From: Alistipes sp.
GTDB lineage: Bacteria; Bacteroidota; Bacteroidia; Bacteroidales; Rikenellaceae
Direction of reading: 5' to 3'
Assembly (NCBI GenBank): GCA_045596245.1
Contig: JAZOBZ010000016.1
Location: forward strand, 766-64,765
DNA: 64,000 nucleotides
Shown here piece after piece: positions 56,610-64,000 of the stretch. The translations under genes and the position numbers were made by a program. The notes below the pieces were generated by a model, which did no database searches, was not told the origin of the DNA, and was given only the letters and a program-made list of their open reading frames with translations. How positions within the stretch are numbered: the stretch's first letter is position 1; each line of letters opens with the position of its first letter.

Positions 56610-56695
56610 AAAGAGCGTGTCTAATAAGTTTTGTACTGACCCCAAAAGTATTTTGTCCAAACTTTTGGGGTCACTTCATTTTTGACACGCTCTTT
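56610..56695. repeat. REP/terminator-like palindrome containing a 47-bp IS3-end-like insert (56632-56678)
   Basis: Outer AAAGAGCGTGTC/GACACGCTCTTT; inner TGTACTGACCCCAAAAGT...ACTTTTGGGGTCACTTCA. Confidence 0.7.
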
Positions 56696-56720
56696 TTGTT
56701 AGAAATTGTATGACATACCG

Positions 56721-59700
56721 CTATGGAATATCGTATGTTACAGGTAGCAGATTCCAATTTCGGTTCGAGGTATTGCTCGACATACCTATTGCCGTATTGC
56801 TTGATTGACGCATATAGTATGTCCAGCCACTGCGATAACTGATACGAATATTATTTCCCGACCTTGCAATGGTATAGTTTGTTCCCGATGCACCAAACGA
56901 GATAGAACCATTTGTACCCACCAACTCCGCTTCGCGTGCTACGCTTCGGATATTGCTACCTTCAATCGTAAAGAGGTTATAGTAGTTGTGCGCACTATTT
57001 GCGGTAAGTACCGTATCGGTAGCCGTCATATAGGTAGAGGTGAACGCAGCATTCTGCAACATATACATCGTGTTGCCACTCGTATCAATCGAGGTGGTGC
57101 GTTCGCTGATAATCAATCCGTAAACCGTAACATCAGGCATTACAAATGTGGCACTCTTACCACCCGATGTCACCTCAACGCTCATGTCGTAGATGCCCTT
57201 AGTTGCCTGACTCCATGTTACATACCAGATGGTATTCGACACACTCGGACCTGCAAACTCTCCACCCTTGGTAGCCTCAACGCCGTTAATCTTCACTGAC
57301 GAAGGCTCGGTGTTCGCCGAGACATTCACATAGTAGCGAATCTCCTCGCCCACGACAACGAAGTTACGGGTATTGTTCGTGATATCGGTCTGCATGGTAT
57401 CCTCCCAACGGTTGAAGTGTGCCTCGATGCTATTCTCGACCAAGGTAATCTCTTCGGTATAGATAAGACCGTGTTCGTTACGCACCACAAGGTGGAAAAT
57501 CACGCCGTCATCGTTATAATCTGACGGAGTAATATAGGATACGGTGCCATTGGTGATATACTCGCCCACATGCTCGACTTCACGAATCACCTTATCGTGC
57601 TCGACTCCCGCAGTGTCGGTATAGCTCACCAATATCTCGATATATTCGATTGCACTACCGTAGGAGTGGGCCTTATAGGTGAGTGTAATAGGGGTATCTG
57701 CCACCAATGACTTCATCGAAGAGGTAAGCGTAGCGGAGATACTGCCAATCTTCTCGTCCTTGACGCAGCGCACCGAAGCAGCAGTTCGGCGGTTGGCGAA
57801 GTCGGAGTGCATATTGCCCGTATAGGTGCCGACATTGGTTTCGTTCCACGAATTGACTTTCGAAACATAGATGCGCGAACGGTGCATGTATTGGTTGATA
57901 CCTCCATTATTGGCAGCATCGGCATCATTGCAATACATTGAAGATTGATAATCGCCCTTCTGACCAACATATTTCCACGAGGAGATAAGGGAGTTAAGAC
58001 CGACATCAACACCCTTAAATCCCGCATACGGGAAGAAGAATTGTTGTCCATTGATAGTTCGTGTATAGCCGTATGTTCCTGCCGTACCGCTACCCATACT
58101 GAACAAAGCGCTGAGTTCACTACTTGGCACACGATAACCATACGGACACGGGTCATAGATAGTTTTAGTGGTCATACCCGTAGAGATATCGTAACCCCAA
58201 AGGAAGTCGTAACGCTGGTGTGTCCAGTTAAAGATATATGAAAGTGGTTGTCCCGTAGGCAGAATCAGGTACATCGGATTCTCCACGCCATCTCGCAGTG
58301 TCGGCTCGGCAAACTGCGTAACCTCGGCTGCCGTCTTCTCGTCAGAGGAGAAGTCGTAGTATGGTGCTGTATTGAGGTTGATTGGCGAGTAGTTATATGA
58401 CGGAGGTCCCATCGAAGGGTCTTTGCGTCCCCATTGATAGTACAAGCCGTATGTTGCCAGCGCATCGTTTGCACCTGAACAAGTTGCTGCTGTTGCTCCG
58501 AGGTTGCGGTCAAGAATAACTATCTCGTGCTCGCCAATTGAGAATGACTGCTCGGCAGGACGGTCAGTAATCCAGATATGCCACGACCACAACACCTCTC
58601 CCTCATTATCATAGACCGCAATTACAGCATTTCCACGAGCCGATGAGTCTGGAAGTTTGAAGCGAACATAACCATACTTCAACTCTATATCCGAAATCAA
58701 ACCGAGCGAACTCTCCCACAACAGATGGGCTGTTGCGGGTTTAATTGTTTCCGTTTCGGGATATAGCTTCTGCGCACCCGAAGAGAGTATACCCGACTCT
58801 CCATTTCCTACCGTCATAGCAAAGAAACAGTAGCCATCGTAGATGTCGTTACCTTCGCTATCCTTAAACTCATTAGGGTCCAAGATGTAGCAGTTCGACA
58901 GTTTGTAGGTGGAAATAATACTCTTATCGATTACCTCCTCATCGACCTCAAATTCGTGCAAACTCGACAGGTCATAGTAGTGTTCATCACCCTCCTTTGA
59001 GAGAATGGCTCCGATACGGCCATCTGTTTGCAGGCTCAACCTCACATCGTAGATGTAACCCGGCTCGAAGATATTGACAATAGACTCGTTCCCATCGGCA
59101 TCTTTCATCGGGTGGGCTGCCGTAATCGTAGTATTATAGACTCCGGAGCTGGTGTGAATCTCCAACTCGACATCACTATTAGGCTCCACAAGCGAATAAC
59201 CGAGATAGATATCATTTTTCAACGAGGTACCCTCCATTGCAATTGGATATACCGCCGACTCGGAGAACTCAGGGTGGTTGCTATCGTTGTCGAACATCGG
59301 AGTAGTGACAATAGGCAAATTTTTGTAGTCGTCCCAATGGTAAACCTCGCCAAACTCTCCCAACTGCGTAGGTAACCACACTTTACAAGAGGTTGGCTGG
59401 TTACGAATAATAACGCTCTCGATATCGCCCCACATCATCAAGTTCTGCTCGCTCTGCTCGGCGTATGCCGTAACACGAATTGCCGAACGGTAGTGGCGAT
59501 ATGTAAAGTAGTTGGAGTATGCGGGCGAAGTGAAGTTGTGCCCGAAAGGCTCACGATATATGTTACTGCTATTCACCGGGTGAATATCGCTACGGTGTGG
59601 AGAGTCGGCATTGTACTTATGCCACGATTGTCCTTCGCAGACATTACTTACCATCAAATCGGTTTCGCCATCTAATCCCATAAATTGCAGAGCTACAACC

Positions 59701-60329
59701 TCTGTTGCAACACCGTTAATCTCGACCGTTTCGTTCAAACGCACAGCATCAAATTCCGAATAGTCGAATTGAGCCGTTGCCGGTACACCCTCCTTACGAG
59801 GCAGTGTACAGTTTTTCGGATACCAACCGACCATTCGTGTATGGTAGAAGTGAGTGGTGTCGCTCTCTATTACACCATTGTTGTTTGTCTCAACTATATT
59901 CAACTTGTAGGACTGCTCCGGTGCCAACGACACAGAGCGATAGTGTATGCCCTCGGTATTGTCGGGCGAAGATATTACGGTTGCTTCGAGTAGTAACGCC
60001 TTGTTCCAATTGGTTGCATAAGGAGTCGCTTCATCATTACCCGTAAAGGTGTAAAGACCATCATTTGTCGAACTTAAATCCTCGTCAAGGCGCAAGAAGT
60101 TAGAGTCCATTCTCTTGGTGGTAATCTGGTCTATCAACGAACGAACGGCAACGCCTGCGCTCTCGGCACGCGACACACTGCGTGACTCAACAACACACGA
60201 AGGAGTTATCGAAGTATCGACTTTAACTCCACTATCAACGACACCATTGCCTATATCGACCTGCTCATCGGCAACCACGCACGATGATAGGGTGGATATT
60301 ACTATCAGTATAACATATAGTATCCTCAT
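56721..60329 (-). CDS. Large fimbrial/adhesin-like lipoprotein, 1202 aa, with one WSWHIW-DRNLGA-YQWGRKDP domain
   Basis: Lipobox TLSS-C, fimbrillin-like N-terminus, WSWHIWIT, DRNLGA, GLYYQWGRKDP, YDPCPYGYRVP and SVRCVK. Confidence 0.7.
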   Translation of the reverse strand: MRILYVILIVISTLSSCVVADEQVDIGNGVVDSGVKVDTSITPSCVVESRSVSRAESAGVAVRSLIDQITTKRMDSNFLRLDEDLSSTNDGLYTFTGNDEATPYATNWNKALLLEATVISSPDNTEGIHYRSVSLAPEQSYKLNIVETNNNGVIESDTTHFYHTRMVGWYPKNCTLPRKEGVPATAQFDYSEFDAVRLNETVEINGVATEVVALQFMGLDGETDLMVSNVCEGQSWHKYNADSPHRSDIHPVNSSNIYREPFGHNFTSPAYSNYFTYRHYRSAIRVTAYAEQSEQNLMMWGDIESVIIRNQPTSCKVWLPTQLGEFGEVYHWDDYKNLPIVTTPMFDNDSNHPEFSESAVYPIAMEGTSLKNDIYLGYSLVEPNSDVELEIHTSSGVYNTTITAAHPMKDADGNESIVNIFEPGYIYDVRLSLQTDGRIGAILSKEGDEHYYDLSSLHEFEVDEEVIDKSIISTYKLSNCYILDPNEFKDSEGNDIYDGYCFFAMTVGNGESGILSSGAQKLYPETETIKPATAHLLWESSLGLISDIELKYGYVRFKLPDSSARGNAVIAVYDNEGEVLWSWHIWITDRPAEQSFSIGEHEIVILDRNLGATAATCSGANDALATYGLYYQWGRKDPSMGPPSYNYSPINLNTAPYYDFSSDEKTAAEVTQFAEPTLRDGVENPMYLILPTGQPLSYIFNWTHQRYDFLWGYDISTGMTTKTIYDPCPYGYRVPSSELSALFSMGSGTAGTYGYTRTINGQQFFFPYAGFKGVDVGLNSLISSWKYVGQKGDYQSSMYCNDADAANNGGINQYMHRSRIYVSKVNSWNETNVGTYTGNMHSDFANRRTAASVRCVKDEKIGSISATLTSSMKSLVADTPITLTYKAHSYGSAIEYIEILVSYTDTAGVEHDKVIREVEHVGEYITNGTVSYITPSDYNDDGVIFHLVVRNEHGLIYTEEITLVENSIEAHFNRWEDTMQTDITNNTRNFVVVGEEIRYYVNVSANTEPSSVKINGVEATKGGEFAGPSVSNTIWYVTWSQATKGIYDMSVEVTSGGKSATFVMPDVTVYGLIISERTTSIDTSGNTMYMLQNAAFTSTYMTATDTVLTANSAHNYYNLFTIEGSNIRSVAREAELVGTNGSISFGASGTNYTIARSGNNIRISYRSGWTYYMRQSSNTAIGMSSNTSNRNWNLLPVTYDIP

Positions 60330-60341
60330 AACTTCATCTTT

Positions 60342-63300
60342 TTACTCCTTCTGACAACGAGCCGGCAACGCATAAGCCGGTCCATAGCCACCATTTGTAC
60401 CACTTACATCAACTTGTCCCGAATAGGTCTTAGTGTAGATATATGTTCGGCAATTATACTGTCCCATCGGCATACCGGTAAGCATATATCCGTTAGCTCC
60501 CACATCACGATAACCTCCCGTAGTCGGATAGCGATAACCCACAAACGGATACCATGCCCTATCGAAATAGGTTTTGTTGAATACGATGCCATAGTTATCG
60601 AACGATGCCTCATTATTCGAGAAGTTTATATTTCCGCCACCCTCGCCGTAGGTATATCCGTAGTGTGTTTCTCCAACCAAATATCCCCAAGCATGGTGGA
60701 ATGGTGTTCGGTAGCCCGGAGGGCATGGGTCGTGCATCGTCTTGGAGAAGGTCTGTCCCTGAATTGAGTAGTCCTTTACGGCATATCCCCAAAGTGCCAC
60801 ATTGGTATATCCATCTGCAAAACTTGCAGGGAACCAACCGCAAGTAGTATTACCGCAGAGCGTTGTACTCTTGTAGAAGGTCATAGGATTCTGCGTAACA
60901 ATAGGTATTATTGCGGCATCGGCAGTATCAATATCGGTACGGCTCAACCACTCACCTGTCATATAATCCTTCACCCAATACTGCGAAGATTTTGGATTTC
61001 CATTGACAGTCTCCGTTCCTGCGCTATATGATGGCGCACCCATAATAGGGTCTTTACGCCCCCACTGATAGTAGAAACCGTAGGTTGTCATTCGCTCCTT
61101 CTCATTTGCAAACGAGATTGACGAGCCGTTTGTATTTGGAGCTGTTGTTGCACCCAAAAATCTATCCATCAAGGTATAGTTACCCGTAATCAAGTCGGCA
61201 GGTTTGTCGGTAAACCAGATATGCCACGACCACAATATCTCACCATCGACATCATACGCCGCCAGACCGACATTACCCTCGTGATAATTTCCGACATAGA
61301 AGGTAACATAACCCTCCTCGTCAGGCTCACCATTGTTGAGCAGTTGCAACGGCATAAAATTCTCTATATCGCTCTCGTTGCCCGTAACCTCTGTAAAGTC
61401 ACCCTGCCACCACAATAAATCGACCTTCGCAGGGGCAATCGTAGTCGAAAGACCGCCATTTATCTCGGCGGTTGTCGTACCTCCGAGTGGCAGCAGGCTA
61501 CCTACACCATTACCACGCACGGTTGCCTTGAATTTGTAGTAACCCGCACGATGCACCATATAACTGTTTGCCGTCTGCGAAGCACTCAAATCGGTAACAA
61601 TCGCTGTGGAGTGCGCCGACACACAACGCACCGGCAAAGCTCTATTACGCTGGCTGCCGTAAGCGTTCCAACTCGACACTCCACTCGCTGTATATTGCAA
61701 TTCGTATGGCTCATTTGTGGTGCGCAAATCGACAACACTCGACCACAAGCGTACTACATCACGATATATATTCTCCGAGCCATCACTCTCGATTGAGCCT
61801 TGGAACGGATACCACACATTGTTCGATGCGACAGATAGGTTTACACCCGAGCCACTATGCCAACCGCCCAGCTTCTCGTAGCCTGCAATATTCTGCCATA
61901 CACGAATATCGGCAACCATATATCCCGGAGGACAAGGGTCATACATCGTCTTTTCGAGGTCGGTATACTCGTTTTGATAGCCCCAAAGAGCATTGCTTTG
62001 TGTCGCCAACCAATCATTTTGCGAGGTGTTGCCACTGCCATACAGGGTTGTCGGATTTACCACCGCCTCCTCAACCGTTGCTACCGTTGCGGGGTTGCTC
62101 GGCACCTTCGACACTGCACCATACACTCCCGATGAAGCCGGCTTGAATGGTGTCGGTCTGCCCCATTGATAGTACAATCCGTCCATACCGACAGCTCCAT
62201 CAGGCACTGACGATACAGCACCAAGGTTTCTGTCGTGTACGATATAGCCATTTGGATAGCCCTGCGCTCTAACACGGTCGGTAAGCCAGATATGCCAAGT
62301 CCACAAGATATTGCCGCCCTCCTCATCGTAGGCTGCAATGACAACATTACCCTCCGACAACAGACGCTTATCCTCCAAATTATCAGGGTTACCCTGCACA
62401 TGGAACAAGACTCTGTCGTGCGACAGTTCATGAAGGTCGAGCGTAAGAGCCTTGCGCTGCACTCCATCAATCGTAATCATCGGCGTATCGTCCCATAAGA
62501 TATCGATATACTTCGGAGCAAGCGATGTATCACCTCCTCCGACCAACGAGCTATCGCCGTTACCCTTGACCGTAGCATCAAAGCAATAGCCATAATTTGC
62601 CGAATTGACGATATAGGAGTTGGCTGTTTCGTAGTTCGAGAGGTTGTAGAACATATCCACCTCAACCTCTTGCTCTATAACATCTTCATATCGTTTCCAC
62701 TCACCCACCGACACATCAGCATTAATAAAACCGTGATTCGAGAAGCGAAGCACAATATCATAGGCATAGCCAGCCTTGAAGTTTCGGGCAATGGATACTC
62801 GTTGACGAGCCTCCGCTTTGCTTGTCGCAAGACTTATGTTGAGTACTCCGTCAGCAGGAGGTGCCGCCACACACTTCGCAACCATGCGGCGGTTTGCCAA
62901 ACCGACAGGAATCTTATCCCCTGCATCGAAGAATATATTGTTGTTCGGGTCCGAGAGATATAGTGTTTCACGCCCCTCATACACCACACCGAACGCCTCC
63001 GACTCATCTTTCGGCAGTGTTAGGATACACGATGTCGGCAAATCTTCGATATTCATATCTTCGAGCACACCCCACGATGCCGACTGCGTTCCGTTCTCCT
63101 CCTGCATCGAATAGACATAGATGCGATATACACACAAGGCGTGTTCGAACTCCATCACATCGAAGCCTTCACTATGCGAGCCCGTCACAACATCTCCATA
63201 CATAATATCCGAGTCGCCCGTAATCGGAATCTTTACGGTTGTAGCCTCTCCATTCGAAGAGTATTCGTAACCCTCCTCGCTCGGCAACCAAGGTTGCCAT

Positions 63301-63713
63301 GCCACATACTTGACATAGTCGGTCATGTTGTAGAAGAATTGTGCCGAGCTTGTAAAGGTTATATCACGAATATAGCTATTCGCCGCATTCGGCTGCCCCA
63401 TCTCGGCAAGTATCGGCTCACCGCAGTTGAGGAAGTCGGGATATGAAGGTGTATGCAACTCATCAATACGAGCCATTCCCAACATCATCACCGTATCGGT
63501 CGCAGCATCTATGATACCGCTTGTCGAATTGGCGTTGCCTCGTGTAGCCGACTGTGGCGAATATACCAGATTGGGTGAGTAGCCAACATCTGCCCACAGA
63601 CGCACCTCCATAGGGTTGCGTGTCGATGTTCCGAGGTCACTATCATTAAGACAGCCCACTGCCATCACAGCCGCAACCAACAACAAAAGTATATTCTTGA
63701 TAATCGCTCTCAT
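60342..63713 (-). CDS. Large fimbrial/adhesin-like lipoprotein, 1123 aa, with two tandem WxWHIW-type domains
   Basis: Lipobox MAVG-C, FEHALC fimbrillin motif, and two ANSY...WxWHIW...YYQWGR...DPCPPGY...RC units. Confidence 0.7.
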   Translation of the reverse strand: MRAIIKNILLLLVAAVMAVGCLNDSDLGTSTRNPMEVRLWADVGYSPNLVYSPQSATRGNANSTSGIIDAATDTVMMLGMARIDELHTPSYPDFLNCGEPILAEMGQPNAANSYIRDITFTSSAQFFYNMTDYVKYVAWQPWLPSEEGYEYSSNGEATTVKIPITGDSDIMYGDVVTGSHSEGFDVMEFEHALCVYRIYVYSMQEENGTQSASWGVLEDMNIEDLPTSCILTLPKDESEAFGVVYEGRETLYLSDPNNNIFFDAGDKIPVGLANRRMVAKCVAAPPADGVLNISLATSKAEARQRVSIARNFKAGYAYDIVLRFSNHGFINADVSVGEWKRYEDVIEQEVEVDMFYNLSNYETANSYIVNSANYGYCFDATVKGNGDSSLVGGGDTSLAPKYIDILWDDTPMITIDGVQRKALTLDLHELSHDRVLFHVQGNPDNLEDKRLLSEGNVVIAAYDEEGGNILWTWHIWLTDRVRAQGYPNGYIVHDRNLGAVSSVPDGAVGMDGLYYQWGRPTPFKPASSGVYGAVSKVPSNPATVATVEEAVVNPTTLYGSGNTSQNDWLATQSNALWGYQNEYTDLEKTMYDPCPPGYMVADIRVWQNIAGYEKLGGWHSGSGVNLSVASNNVWYPFQGSIESDGSENIYRDVVRLWSSVVDLRTTNEPYELQYTASGVSSWNAYGSQRNRALPVRCVSAHSTAIVTDLSASQTANSYMVHRAGYYKFKATVRGNGVGSLLPLGGTTTAEINGGLSTTIAPAKVDLLWWQGDFTEVTGNESDIENFMPLQLLNNGEPDEEGYVTFYVGNYHEGNVGLAAYDVDGEILWSWHIWFTDKPADLITGNYTLMDRFLGATTAPNTNGSSISFANEKERMTTYGFYYQWGRKDPIMGAPSYSAGTETVNGNPKSSQYWVKDYMTGEWLSRTDIDTADAAIIPIVTQNPMTFYKSTTLCGNTTCGWFPASFADGYTNVALWGYAVKDYSIQGQTFSKTMHDPCPPGYRTPFHHAWGYLVGETHYGYTYGEGGGNINFSNNEASFDNYGIVFNKTYFDRAWYPFVGYRYPTTGGYRDVGANGYMLTGMPMGQYNCRTYIYTKTYSGQVDVSGTNGGYGPAYALPARCQKE

Positions 63714-63731
63714 CTTCTATTGCCCTCCCCT

Positions 63732-64000
63732 CTATTTAATCTCCGGCAACACCGTTCCCTCGATATAATCGACATCTTTCCACTCGGCAACCACGCCTTC
63801 GAGGTTTACTCCCGAATCGACCGTTGCCGTATAGACAATGCGGTGTCCCGATTGGTAGTTCACCGGCTGGTAGTTGTAGAGTTGGAACTCCTCCTTGTGC
63901 ATTACGAAGTTATCCGGACTCTCTGCACTCACCTTCTCGTTTACCTCGTACTCTATCGTCAACTTTGCATTTGCCGTCAGCTGCTGCGGCAGACACATTA
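63732..64000 (-). CDS. C-terminal part of a fimbrillin-family protein (start lies outside the window)
   Basis: CLPQ...YQSGHRIVYTATV...VAEWKDV C-terminal pattern; the frame stays open to the window edge. Confidence 0.6.
   Translation of the reverse strand, partial: MCLPQQLTANAKLTIEYEVNEKVSAESPDNFVMHKEEFQLYNYQPVNYQSGHRIVYTATVDSGVNLEGVVAEWKDVDYIEGTVLPEIK

Overview
This 64 kb window looks like chromosome from a Bacteroidota organism, probably Rikenellaceae/Alistipes-like (inferred from gene content, TAnnTTTG promoters and lipoprotein families). Most of it is housekeeping: uvrC, uvrB, folC, lnt, rubrerythrin, tRNA-His, a phe/tyr biosynthesis operon with a leader-peptide attenuator, murF-alr, mutS2, lptD, grpE-dnaJ, mutL, plus fimbrillin-like lipoproteins. 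The main finding is a ~12.4 kb AT-rich integrative element (about 14964-27381) encoding a large serine recombinase. It did not integrate in the nearby tRNA but in the middle of an unannotated, sigma54-promoter-driven, structured small RNA gene. The 17-bp core ATTTATTTAAGTTTGGG is duplicated at both ends, and a 52-bp quasi-palindromic attP can be rebuilt from the junctions. The element appears to compensate for the disruption in two ways. Its left end adds a replacement seed and terminator to the broken host RNA. It also carries a full-length paralogue of the sRNA with its own sigma54 promoter, and that copy shows compensatory base-pair changes in its hairpins. Cargo includes a compact PolA/T7-RNAP-like protein, a PD-(D/E)XK nuclease-2TM protein and a 1649-aa coiled-coil/BspA lipoprotein behind a long structured leader. 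Polarised 7-bp tandem arrays mark many gene junctions. All calls come from manual reading; no database searches were run.
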